From Promethearchaeia archaeon (GTDB lineage Archaea > Asgardarchaeota > Lokiarchaeia > Sigyniarchaeales > SOKP01), in the NCBI GenBank assembly GCA_046483985.1, contig JAWOCD010000099.1:68648-132647 (forward strand): a DNA stretch of 64,000 nt, given 5' to 3'. Of this stretch, positions 42,947-52,687 are shown one piece after another. Positions within the stretch are counted from its first letter, which is position 1. Each line of letters begins with the position of its first letter. The position numbers and the translations under genes are program-made. Under the pieces are notes generated by a model. That model was not told where the DNA came from. It saw only the letters and a list, made by a program, of their open reading frames with translations, and searched no databases.

Positions 42947-43594
42947 ATGGACATCATTAATAAGTCACAGAGTATCATTCACCAAATTGATGAGATTAAG
43001 CAAAATTTCATTGAGGGAAATATTACATTATTAGATTTAGAATTAGTCCCCTTTTTTGAGGAGATAGAGCAAGCAATAAAACCTACTAACTTAGATAATT
43101 ATTCCGAATCATATAAAAAAGCTTGTGAGTTATTAAATGAAAAATTTAAGGAATTAAAGGAATTGGTAAGCTCTTTTGAGTCTGAAAAAAGGTTTATCGA
43201 TTTCTTGCACCACGAACCTACCGATGAAGAGATTTCTCGCTTATTTAAGGGTTGTTGGATAAAAATATTCAAAGTAAACCAACTCTCTGCTCAATTTTTA
43301 AAGGAGAGTAAGGAGAAATTATGCTCCAGGAAAAAAAGCAAACAAAAAGTATTTGAGACTCAAGATGTCGAGGTATCCGATGAATTTCGATTGGAAATCC
43401 CCAGAAAGAAATTTACTGAAAAAATGATGAGTTTTTTCAACATTGTTAAAGATCAATTACCATGCTCCTACAAGGAAATATTCAAGCACGAAGAGGATCA
43501 AATAGAGATCTATGAAAAATTCATTTATTTATTACATCTACTCCAAATGGGTAAAATTAAATATCAAAAAGAAACGAATTATTTGTACAAATAA
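42947..43594 (+). CDS. Kleisin (ScpA/Nse4-like) subunit
   Basis: Directly after SMC; C-terminal winged-helix motif IYEKFIYLLHLLQMGKIKY. Confidence 0.7.
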   Translation: MDIINKSQSIIHQIDEIKQNFIEGNITLLDLELVPFFEEIEQAIKPTNLDNYSESYKKACELLNEKFKELKELVSSFESEKRFIDFLHHEPTDEEISRLFKGCWIKIFKVNQLSAQFLKESKEKLCSRKKSKQKVFETQDVEVSDEFRLEIPRKKFTEKMMSFFNIVKDQLPCSYKEIFKHEEDQIEIYEKFIYLLHLLQMGKIKYQKETNYLYK

Positions 43595-43598
43595 AAAG

Positions 43599-44159
43599 GT
43601 GAGTAAAATAAATCAATTATCTATTCTTATGCATCTTTTAAGTAAGGAATATAAGGATTCAAATAAGATCGGAGTTACCAAAAAAGAAGCTCTTGAATAC
43701 CTTAACGTCCCATCCCGAAATAGTGATCTGTTTTTTCAAGAATTACTCACTCATTTAGCAAAATATATACAACCAATAGGACTACAAATTCGATTCAATC
43801 CGATTAATGAGCATTGGTATCTTAGCTATGATGATAATATCTCTGATCTAATCCAAGCTAATCCGTTTTCGGACAAACCACGGTTACCAGCAACTTTATT
43901 TTGTATTCTCACTGTGGCAATGAGACATACTGGGGAAATTAGGGCAAAAAATGTAAAAGAGTTACGGAAAAAAAAGGGGATCCATCGGGACCTACGAGAT
44001 TTAGAAGATTTAGGGTATATAAGCCTAGAAAAGGACAATAACGGAATGGAACTCATTAAATTAACCCCACTGATTGGATATCAACTGGATTTAGAAAAAT
44101 TATCACTTAATTTAGCGTTACATACAAAGAAAAAAAAAGAAGAAGGAACACAGAATTAG
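43599..44159 (+). CDS. Kite (ScpB/Nse1/Nse3-like) tandem winged-helix subunit
   Basis: LAKYIQPIGLQIRF...WYL then ATLFCIL...LRDLEDLGYI; GTG start 4 nt after the kleisin stop. Confidence 0.65.
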   Translation: MSKINQLSILMHLLSKEYKDSNKIGVTKKEALEYLNVPSRNSDLFFQELLTHLAKYIQPIGLQIRFNPINEHWYLSYDDNISDLIQANPFSDKPRLPATLFCILTVAMRHTGEIRAKNVKELRKKKGIHRDLRDLEDLGYISLEKDNNGMELIKLTPLIGYQLDLEKLSLNLALHTKKKKEEGTQN

Positions 44160-44804
44160 TTACTTTCCATGCGGTTTTGTCGTGATATCCAAGATCATTT
44201 CCGCCACGTGATTATTATAAGTCTCAACTTCCTCAAAGTCTTTTATTTCCTCTCCACATGTGATAAATAATCCCTTCACTTTGATATTTCTCTCATCAAA
44301 GAAATTATGAATTTTTTCTTTTACTTCCTTCAATTTCTCATCGATGTTTCCTTCCACCAAATCGATTTTGTTCACGCACACATAGATTGAATTGGGAAAG
44401 AACCTTACATCATTAAAGAAATTAAACTGTGTTTCTAAATCACGATCCATTGAAAATACGGCTACAACTTGGGTGGCAATTCTACTAATGGTGATTATGC
44501 CCATTTTCACTACTGCTCTTTCTCTATCTCCGCCTGGAGCAAATATTGTATGTGCTTTTCCTCCTTCATTTTCACGGAAGACTACTCGATTGGGATGAAT
44601 AGTTTTCGTCGGTTTTTGATTCAGATCATTATCTTTTTTACCATCGGGCAATGTTGCTTCTCCGCTAAAGTCGGTTTTTACAACTGCACACTTCATCCCG
44701 CCTTCCACATTTTCAATCTCTCCTTGATTTAAATACTTTACAAATAGTCTAAGGATAGAGGTCTTACCTACTGAAACATCGCCTAATAATCCGACGTTTA
44801 CCAT
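44160..44804 (-). CDS. Small Ras-superfamily/MglA-like GTPase
   Basis: G1 GDVSVGKT, G2 TKTI, atypical G3 FAPGG, G4 NKID. Confidence 0.85.
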   Translation of the reverse strand: MVNVGLLGDVSVGKTSILRLFVKYLNQGEIENVEGGMKCAVVKTDFSGEATLPDGKKDNDLNQKPTKTIHPNRVVFRENEGGKAHTIFAPGGDRERAVVKMGIITISRIATQVVAVFSMDRDLETQFNFFNDVRFFPNSIYVCVNKIDLVEGNIDEKLKEVKEKIHNFFDERNIKVKGLFITCGEEIKDFEEVETYNNHVAEMILDITTKPHGK

Positions 44805-45613
44805 TAGATGTCACTCTCCAAGAGTTTATTTAAAAGTAATTCATAATCTTCGACCAGGAATTGTTCCAAAAATGCATTATTATATGAATGAATCAGCGCA
44901 ATCAACACTTCCTTTAAATTTCTTGCATTTTTTGCGTATTTTAGCAAATTTTTTGGTGTTGGATCGTCATTGAAATCTCTGGGATCTTCTTCAAATCCAA
45001 ACTGCTTACGGGATGGTAAAGAATTAAAAAATCCAAAAGCAGAATAACTTTGATATTGGAAAAACACAAAAAATCGAGATTTAATCGATTTTATTACCCT
45101 GCTCAAGAAAACAGAAGGATATAACTCCCCTAACGTAAGGAGATTATCTTGTCGGATAACAAAATACGGTGAGATTGGAGAGTCGTGATCTCCGTACATT
45201 TCTTTCGGTGGTAAAGAGATAAACGGTAATTTTTCTTCTACGATTGACCATAAATCTTCCCGATTTTTCTCCAAAAGAATTTTTTTAATCTCATCGTAGG
45301 CATGATAAAAATCAGACTGTAATGAAAGTAAGGAACTTAAATATACAGATAAAGATGCAAAAGTTGCCTCTAATAACGGACGACGACTTGAATCGCTTGA
45401 CGGTTTCGCCGCACCTCTCCAAGCACGTAACGCAGAATAACTAAATCCCTTTACATCAAAGAACCCACCAGAGAGGAATATAAACGAGGGGGCTTCTTTT
45501 TTTTCACTGGACAAAAACTCATCCGCTTTTTCAATCAACACGTCTTCCAAATCGTCCTCATTGAATTTGGAATGGACCTTAGGCATTTTTAAAAATTTAT
45601 ATTTTTTCGGCAA
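44804..45613 (-). CDS. Hypothetical protein translationally coupled to the GTPase
   Basis: TAATG stop/start overlap with the GTPase. Confidence 0.75.
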   Translation of the reverse strand: MPKKYKFLKMPKVHSKFNEDDLEDVLIEKADEFLSSEKKEAPSFIFLSGGFFDVKGFSYSALRAWRGAAKPSSDSSRRPLLEATFASLSVYLSSLLSLQSDFYHAYDEIKKILLEKNREDLWSIVEEKLPFISLPPKEMYGDHDSPISPYFVIRQDNLLTLGELYPSVFLSRVIKSIKSRFFVFFQYQSYSAFGFFNSLPSRKQFGFEEDPRDFNDDPTPKNLLKYAKNARNLKEVLIALIHSYNNAFLEQFLVEDYELLLNKLLESDI

Positions 45614-45790
45614 TTTAAATCGAACTCTTCAGTATTTTACCTATCTATTTTATTAGAATATTAACAATTGTCGTATTTATTTAATGAATGTATTGAAGCT
45701 ATATAATTTTTTGTTAAAAAAAATATAGATAATAAGTTTCAAAATCGCACCTAAAGCAAAATTGAAACATTTTTTGTCTAAATTTTGAAT

Positions 45791-46429
45791 TTAGGGCTTT
45801 TCCGATTTTTGGACCTCTAAAAGAAGATCTTGAACTTGAGAAGTTATTAAATCATATTCCTCTACATTTTTTACATTAAGGATTTCAATCCTCTGAATTA
45901 AGTCTGTTTCTTTATAGTAATGATATTTTATATCTAATTCGGGGTTAGTCTCCTTAATTTTAACTAACGCACCTTTAAGAAATATTTTGACGAAAGGTTC
46001 TGAGGATTCTTCAATAGGAGTTAATTCCGGATGAAGTATTTTCACAGTAACCTTACTGAAATTAGGAAAATTTAGGATACATAGGAGCTTCCGATCTTGT
46101 TTAGTCTCACTTGAGAAAATCTTTCGTTTTATATTGGTGCCTTGAGCTTTCTCTTTTTGTAGGCCTTCTTTAAAATACTCGTCAACATTCTCTTCTTGCT
46201 TCGGTTTCTCCTTTTCCTTTTTTATCATAGTATCCGCACTCACGAATGACTTTGGAGAAATTACGGACTTAAGATCTTGTATTACCTCTTTAATACGTTC
46301 TATTTCATCTTTCAAGTCTTCAAGTTGGTCCTTTTTTTTGTAATAAAGGTCTTGCAAGACGGAGAGAATGTTGGTTAATTTTACGATTTCCGATTCATTC
46401 TCTTTCTTCTTTGAAGGGTTCATATACAA
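45791..46429 (-). CDS. Hypothetical protein with N-terminal coiled coil
   Basis: Heptad pattern LQDLYYKKKDQLEDLKDEIERIKEVI. Confidence 0.7.
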   Translation of the reverse strand: MYMNPSKKKENESEIVKLTNILSVLQDLYYKKKDQLEDLKDEIERIKEVIQDLKSVISPKSFVSADTMIKKEKEKPKQEENVDEYFKEGLQKEKAQGTNIKRKIFSSETKQDRKLLCILNFPNFSKVTVKILHPELTPIEESSEPFVKIFLKGALVKIKETNPELDIKYHYYKETDLIQRIEILNVKNVEEYDLITSQVQDLLLEVQKSEKP

Positions 46430-46511
46430 TATTATAAAAAATTAAATTAATTTAAATATTAATAGTAGAGTAATATAGTAATTTATATTCTTTTAATATG
46501 AGGTATTCCTC

Positions 46512-47372
46512 TTGAGAACATTAGTTATTACTCCTAAACCAGACGATCCAGAAGTACAAATTTTAGCAAATGAGTTAAAAAAACGAAATTACAAAGTCGA
46601 TTACTTTGTTCCCGGTAGCATAAATGTAAAAGTTAAGATTGAAAACTTCGAGGATCGTTTCAAAGACTTAGAACCGAAGAAAGCATTGGTACGTGGTTTT
46701 GGAGCCGAACCGATACAAAAAATCTTTTTTCGACTCGATATCCTTCGGTCCATAGAAGAATACGGCATACGTCTAATAAATTCCCGAGAATCCTTAGAAA
46801 TTGCCAGCGATAAATTTTTAACCTCAATCTTTTTGGAAAAACACGGTATACCGACGCCGAAAACTACAATATGTGAAAATGTAGAAGATGCTCTTCAGAA
46901 TTTTGATATATTAGGAAGGGATGTAATCCTGAAACCTCTTTTCGGCTCGAAAGGAATTGGTGTGACACGTATAAACAATAAAGCGTTTGCAGAAAACGTA
47001 TTTTATACATTAAACGATTTAAACCATGTTTTCTATTTACAGGAATTTATTGAACATTTCAATCGAGACATTCGAATTTTAGTATTAGGAGATGAAGCGG
47101 TTGCGGGTATGTATCGGGTAAGTGAGAGTTGGAAAACAAATATCCATGCTGGAGCGAAATCTAAGCCTTTAGAGTTAACTCAAGAACTAGCCCAGTTGGC
47201 AATAAAAGCTGCAAGAGCAGTAAGAACAGAAATTGCCGGTGTAGATATCATCGAAAGTAAGAATGGTTTATATGTTATTGAAGTAAACTCCATCCCAGGC
47301 TTTACTGCATTACAGAAAGTCACTGATATAGATTTAAGCGAGAAAATAATTGACTATTTTTTAAAGTGTTAA
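46512..47372 (+). CDS. RimK/CofF/MptN-family ATP-grasp glutamate ligase
   Basis: DKFLT, IPTPKT, KPLFGSKGIG, QEFI, DIR, WKTNIHAG, GVDI, EVNSIPGF. Confidence 0.93.
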   Translation: MRTLVITPKPDDPEVQILANELKKRNYKVDYFVPGSINVKVKIENFEDRFKDLEPKKALVRGFGAEPIQKIFFRLDILRSIEEYGIRLINSRESLEIASDKFLTSIFLEKHGIPTPKTTICENVEDALQNFDILGRDVILKPLFGSKGIGVTRINNKAFAENVFYTLNDLNHVFYLQEFIEHFNRDIRILVLGDEAVAGMYRVSESWKTNIHAGAKSKPLELTQELAQLAIKAARAVRTEIAGVDIIESKNGLYVIEVNSIPGFTALQKVTDIDLSEKIIDYFLKC

Positions 47373-47535
47373 AAGTACAAATAGAGAGAAATCCTTTAAA
47401 ACCGCCGATAAGAACTCCAATACACCGTCCAAAACATATACGAATATATAAAACAAGATAAAGATTGTAATAAATTTCATTTTACACCTCCAATTTTTTT
47501 ATTATTAACATAATTTTTCAACAATGTGAATACAA

Positions 47536-48285
47536 GTGAAGAAAAAACAAGAAATAAGAGCTGCATTACAACCTTTTGGGGAAGCATTAAATGATTATGT
47601 TAACGGAAAAAGAGACGCGGTTCTTTTCTTAGAGAGAGAAGATGGGTTCACGGAGGAGCTGCCAGTGAAATCATTTTTTCGGGGATGGAATGAGTATTCT
47701 AAATTGGAGAAGCAAGCAATTCATCTTTGTAAGGGAAAGATACTCGATGTAGGGGCTGGAGCTGGGGCACATAGTTTACACTTGCAAAAAAAAGGGTACA
47801 CCGTCTATGCTTTAGACATTCTTGCCGAAACATGCAGAATTATGGAGCAAAGAGGGGTTGAGAATGTCATCTGCTCCGATTTTTGGGAGGTAGAAGGAGA
47901 TAAAATGAACTTCGATACAGTATTGTTACTTGGACGGTCAATTTGTATGATAGAAGACCTTGAGGGGCTTGAAAGATTCCTTTCGCATACTTATCATTTA
48001 CTCAAGGAAAATGGAAGGATTATCCTCGATTCAGGTGATGTAACGAAAACTCATAATCCCTCACATCTTCAATATCATCAATTTAATTTAAATTCAAATC
48101 GATATATCGGTGAAGTTCGGCTGAGATTCCGCTATAAAGGAAATACGGGTAAGCCCTATCAGTTGGTTCATATCGAGCCTAATGTGCTAATTGAGTTTGC
48201 TTTAAGAAATAAGTTTTCTTGTGATATCGTGGATGAGAGGGAAGAGGGCGGGTCCTATTTGGCTTGTTTAAGAAAAGAAGCATAA
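47536..48285 (+). CDS. Class I SAM-dependent methyltransferase
   Basis: ILDVGAGAG; FDTVLLLG. Confidence 0.9.
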   Translation: MKKKQEIRAALQPFGEALNDYVNGKRDAVLFLEREDGFTEELPVKSFFRGWNEYSKLEKQAIHLCKGKILDVGAGAGAHSLHLQKKGYTVYALDILAETCRIMEQRGVENVICSDFWEVEGDKMNFDTVLLLGRSICMIEDLEGLERFLSHTYHLLKENGRIILDSGDVTKTHNPSHLQYHQFNLNSNRYIGEVRLRFRYKGNTGKPYQLVHIEPNVLIEFALRNKFSCDIVDEREEGGSYLACLRKEA

Positions 48286-48334
48286 GATCAAGGATTTTCA
48301 AATAGTTATACAATTATGACTCAATGCGCTTATC

Positions 48335-48577
48335 CTAATTCTTAGGTCTTTCAAACCGTTTGCGAATGTCATTAAACACATCTTCACCTGAAATTGGTTT
48401 AACTTCTCCCGAATTGATTTCGGAAACTCACTTCTCTGCCTCTTGACTCCATAATTCATCAATTTCCTTCTGAATTGGAAGATTAAGACTTTTTATCAAT
48501 CTATCAACCAATTTCGCACGCAAGTTTGAGGGAAGGGATAAGATCTCATCCAGCATTTTTTCACTAAGCTCAGCCAT
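48335..48577 (-). pseudogene. Addiction-module antitoxin (TIGR02574-like) with internal TGA
   Basis: MAELSEKMLDEILSLPSNLRAKLVDRLIKSLNLPIQKEIDELWSQEAEK*VSEINSGEVKPISGEDVFNDIRKRF; TGA at 48428-48430; not in ORF track. Confidence 0.8.
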
Positions 48578-49201
48578 AATTAATTATCCTTGAGGTTGTA
48601 TTTCATACAAATAATATAAACTCCCACTTTTATAATTTTTGTTAGATATTTCGAAATGCTTAATCTGTTCTTTTTTTCGGTTGCAGGACGGTTATTCCAG
48701 TGGCGCTCTCGGAAATAAGATGCTTTAAGTAAGACATTTTATTCTCTTCATTTTTTAAAAAGAATATCTAAAAAGATTTTCGTTATAAGGCGATCCGCAT
48801 CTAACCGATCATTTATTAGTGTAAAATTAATTAAAATTGCAGATATCGCCACATTTATGACGATTAGAATGCATAGTAGTAACATCAAATAAAATCTTAG
48901 CTATTATGAGGTGGATGAAATGGTGTACGCCGGATGTCTCTATGAAACGCTGGAGAAAAGTCAATTAATGTAAACTCCGCTATATCTTCTCTTGGTTCCA
49001 TCTGTTGTTCGGTAAAGAATTCTAAACAGACTTTTATATCTTTTTTTGTCTCTTTGTAGTATTAGAAAGGTTTTTTAATCTTAGCCACTTCTGATTTCTG
49101 ATATAAAGAATTTTAGGAATGAATAAATATATTAAGTAAATTTGTTATTTATTTAGTGATATTAAAAAAAGATAAGTAAATTATATATATATTTATTAAA
49201 A

Positions 49202-49456
49202 ATGAGTATCGAAAAAATGATCAAGGAAAAGCCCGTAAAAGTAACAAATAATGGGATGATTACCATTCCTGCGGCCTTTAGAAAGAGATATAATTTAAAT
49301 GATGGGGATAAAGTCCTAATTTTAGAAGATGCGGGGATGTTAAAGATTGTCCCAATCCGAGATATTTCAGAATTGCGAAAAGGATCATACTCCAGCGAAG
49401 ATATGAAAGTTCTTTCCAAAAAGCTGAAGTCCGAAGAACTAAAGAGGGAACTATAG
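49202..49456 (+). CDS. AbrB/MazE-type antitoxin
   Basis: VKVTNNGMITIPAAFRKRYNLNDGDKV. Confidence 0.92.
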   Translation: MSIEKMIKEKPVKVTNNGMITIPAAFRKRYNLNDGDKVLILEDAGMLKIVPIRDISELRKGSYSSEDMKVLSKKLKSEELKREL

Positions 49457-49870
49457 ATGAAAAACGCGGCATGTTTGGATACGGGAATAGTAACGCAATT
49501 TTATTCAAAAAATCCGCCAAAGAAAATAGTGAATGTGATAAATAGGATTAAAAAAAAGGAACTGAAGGCTTCTCTACTTTATCCAATCTTAGTTGAAATA
49601 TATTTTCACATATGTAAATTATTAGGGAAAGATGCTGCCGAGACGCGAGTTGCCTCATTTCTCAATAATTATTCCGTGAAAGTGATCAACTTAAATTATT
49701 CGTTAATCTTTAAGGCGGGGGGGCTAAAATGTCGGTATGCCCATATATTGTCTTATAATGATTGTCTCCTTATAGCTTATGCATTGAATAAAAAAATCAC
49801 GTTATACACCACTGAAAAGGACCTTAAAAAAACTGTTCCCTCCCTCAAGGTCAAGGAATATACTTTTTAA
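49457..49870 (+). CDS. PIN-domain VapC-type toxin
   Basis: LDTG, LVEI, LSYNDCLLIAYA, LYTTE; directly follows the antitoxin. Confidence 0.88.
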   Translation: MKNAACLDTGIVTQFYSKNPPKKIVNVINRIKKKELKASLLYPILVEIYFHICKLLGKDAAETRVASFLNNYSVKVINLNYSLIFKAGGLKCRYAHILSYNDCLLIAYALNKKITLYTTEKDLKKTVPSLKVKEYTF

Positions 49871-49907
49871 TGTATTTTCTTTTGAATTTGAGATTGCGGT
49901 TAGAAAT

Positions 49908-50420
49908 TCACGAATGTCCGTGACATTCACGTATGTCATAGATGATCCCGAGTAAGATTTCGAAGTTAGGTCTTACATCCTTATTTTTATCTTTAATGAA
50001 GTATCCATCAATATATCCCTTTTCATATATCTTTTCTTTGCTTCTAAAGATGACTTTCGACAATAATTTATTGGTAATCTCTACTTCGGAATATTTGGAA
50101 TTTATTAATTCTTTCAGATTTTCTAATAAGCTCACTTTTGAACCAGCACCAGTTTCTAATATGCCTAAGAATGAAAATTTTGCATTTCCAATGATTTGGA
50201 ATTGTCGTCTTACTTTTTCAAAAGTATAATCAGAGGAAAGTTCTTCACCTTGATATACCAGACTGTGTCTTTTGGCGGGAACCCCTAATCTTTCCGCGAT
50301 TATTTCCGAAAGTCGCCCGATTTTAAAATAATCCTTGACTTTAAGTGTAAATTCAGTTCCAGTTCTGGTATCTTCCACTGTTATATAAAATTCTGAATCC
50401 TCTTTTTTCATTAAATCCAA
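49908..50420 (-). CDS. Ubiquitin-like domain protein (possibly a gene remnant)
   Basis: ITVEDTRTGTEFTLKV...IAERLGVPAKRHSLVYQGEELSSDYTF matches the eukaryote-type Ubl pattern; GAG at the domain end. Confidence 0.7.
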   Translation of the reverse strand: MDLMKKEDSEFYITVEDTRTGTEFTLKVKDYFKIGRLSEIIAERLGVPAKRHSLVYQGEELSSDYTFEKVRRQFQIIGNAKFSFLGILETGAGSKVSLLENLKELINSKYSEVEITNKLLSKVIFRSKEKIYEKGYIDGYFIKDKNKDVRPNFEILLGIIYDIRECHGHS

Positions 50421-50546
50421 AAACTCATTCGATTTTCACTATGCTTCAAATTCAATGGCGTAAATTCTTAAATCTCCGTTTACTGGTCCCTTGAATTCTT
50501 TTTATTTCCATTTAAGTTTTTAAAGGGTGATGTTTAATATGTAGTA

Positions 50547-51251
50547 ATGGACTTTGAAACAGAATATGAAAACTATCACCTCCACGTCTTCTGGTCGAGG
50601 GAGATAACCGACTTAATTAAAAAAATGACGAGCGGATTGGCAAAATCTTACGCCACCCAACACGACTTGGTACTACACTTTATTAACGAGACTTTATTTG
50701 GAGGGACGGGGGAATTGAACAAGGAATTTCGCCTTAAAGGCGGCAAATATCCCGACTTGAAGGTTCCCACGGATGATCCCGAGAAAGAGTTCGAGAATGT
50801 GGAATTAAAACTGAGGACCAGTCAGTTAAAATATCTGAGGGACGAATTAAAGAAGCGGGACACGGTTTTTTCCACCAGCGACCACTTGTATTTTAGTTAT
50901 TTACTTCAGCTAAAATCGCGACACGAAGACAAACCTATATTAGAGAGAAATTGTATCTATTATTTAGTTATTATAAAAATTTCAAAACCTACTTTATCCA
51001 TCCCCATAAACAAGCTGATAAGTGATATAAAAATGGGCACCAAGCATTTTACGGAAGAATTAAAGGAAAAAAGCGGAGTTGACGAGGAGAAGGAAGAGCT
51101 GTTAGGCGTGGACAATATTATTAAGGCGGTTGATTTAGAACGGAAACTCAAGGAGAAAGAATACCAACTAAAAGAAAAAGAAAAACAATTGGAAGAAAAG
51201 GAGAAGGAAATAGAGCGTCTGAAAGCTCAGTTAAGGAAGAAAAAAGATTAG
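50547..51251 (+). CDS. PD-(D/E)xK-like protein with C-terminal coiled coil
   Basis: YPDL...NVELK; tail KEKEYQLKEKEKQLEEKEKEIERLK. Confidence 0.6.
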   Translation: MDFETEYENYHLHVFWSREITDLIKKMTSGLAKSYATQHDLVLHFINETLFGGTGELNKEFRLKGGKYPDLKVPTDDPEKEFENVELKLRTSQLKYLRDELKKRDTVFSTSDHLYFSYLLQLKSRHEDKPILERNCIYYLVIIKISKPTLSIPINKLISDIKMGTKHFTEELKEKSGVDEEKEELLGVDNIIKAVDLERKLKEKEYQLKEKEKQLEEKEKEIERLKAQLRKKKD

Positions 51252-51365
51252 ATTCTCCTTTATCTCGTTTTCTACTCAGAAAATTTCAATAGTGGGTGAA
51301 TTTTTATGAAATCATTTGAAAAAAATGAATCTTTCTCCGAGACGGCGGTTTGATTACTTCCCAGC

Positions 51366-51862
51366 CTAACTGTTCAAATTCTCTTTCAGCCTCTCTTTGG
51401 CTTCTTGGTTTCCTGTGTTGGCCCAATTTATTAAGAATTGCAATTCGGACATTCTTTCGCTTAACGCGCTTAATCGTTTAAGTTCGGGAACGGAGTCGAT
51501 TTCTTCTTGCGTTAGATATTCTAAATAATCATATTTCAGGAAATGCCCAACAGTTTGATAGTCGTTTTCTTGAAATCTAAGCCGAATGTTTTTAATCAAT
51601 TCCTTTCTGGCTTCCAGAAATATTCTCCCAATGATTTGCGCGCTTTTTAACTTTGTGGCCTTTTTCTCTCAATCTTTCACGCTTCTCGCTTCCCAGTGGA
51701 AGTTTGTGTGCCTCATGGATAATATGTGAGGCTTCTTCGATTTCCAACCCCCTTCTCGAAGCACGCCCGTCTTAGGACACTTCGCAAGTTGTAGCAGAGG
51801 TTGCGGATGAGCGGGTGGCGGTGCTCGATGATGCGGCCGAGTTTCATTGCTGGGTTCTTCAC
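51366..51862 (-). pseudogene. Hypothetical gene broken by two homopolymer frameshifts
   Basis: Removing one base from the G5 run (51748-51752) and one from the A5 run (51661-51665) joins three frames into one ~165-aa ORF. Confidence 0.6.
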
Positions 51863-51970
51863 ACTCCTTTTTTGTTCGGTATTTTGTATTTTATATTTTG
51901 CATTTAGTTTTTTTTTTTTTGCTCCCTACTCTTTTAGAGGGGCGGCGGTATTTAAATCTATGGTATCTGA

Positions 51971-52450
51971 TTACTTTTCTCGCTCTTCCAAATAATAGTC
52001 GGCAAACGAGTGCTTCATCCATAGATACTGTCCCCACTCGATGTTATCCGCCGGGACCTCGTTTAACCTCTTCCAGTAGAAACTGCGGGTATAGCCGGGT
52101 AAGCGCGGACGGAGGCGTTCAAAGGCTATGGGATAGCTGCCCTCTTCGTAGTGGTGCTTGAGCCCGCACGCAAGCCACGTCTCTCTGTCGCCCATCAGCA
52201 TCTTCTTGGTAAAGGCGTAGTGGAGTAAGGAGGCAACAATCTTGCCTTCCCCTATGTTCTCAATTTCTGGATGGTTTTCCACCAAGTTCTCCGCTTCCAA
52301 GTAGTGGACTTTGTAATTTTCATCGAGCCACTCATCGGGGTCCTTGTAGAACTTTAGAACGCTCTTGTGTTCCTTTTGGAGTGTATCGGTAATCTCTTTA
52401 CTATTGAAGTGTTTCTCGATGAAATTTAGGAGATCATCGAAGGTCTTGAA
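51971..52450 (-). pseudogene. 5'-truncated hypothetical gene
   Basis: Frame is open without a start up to the IS-end scar at 52446-52458; codons visibly more GC-rich than the flanks. Confidence 0.65.
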
Positions 52451-52458
52451 CTACCACG
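52446..52458 (-). mobile_element. IS200/IS605 right-end scar
   Basis: TTGAACTACCACG is identical to 35848-35860. Confidence 0.6.
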
Positions 52459-52687
52459 TTAGAGGGGCAAAGGAAAAAACACCCCGATGAATTATTTGGC
52501 TATATAAAGAAGGACGATGAGTATACCTTAATTGCTCATTCAAAAACAGAAAGTGATCCCTTAGCTCAGATTGACCCACTTTTAGTAAAGAATATTATTT
52601 CTCAAGAGGATATTGTTTTTTTGTTGCTAAGTCAAAATTTTTTATATATCAAAAAATTGAAATTTTTAAATTGTTTTTATATAATTA

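Noticed and set aside
38059-44159. Wadjet (JetABCD)/MksBEFG defence system
   Set aside because: No Toprim nuclease; gene order and SMC motifs differ from JetC/MukB
48428-48430. In-frame TGA in the antitoxin read as selenocysteine
   Set aside because: The context EAEK*V expects Arg (CGA/AGA to TGA); the family is non-redox and no SECIS-like stem follows
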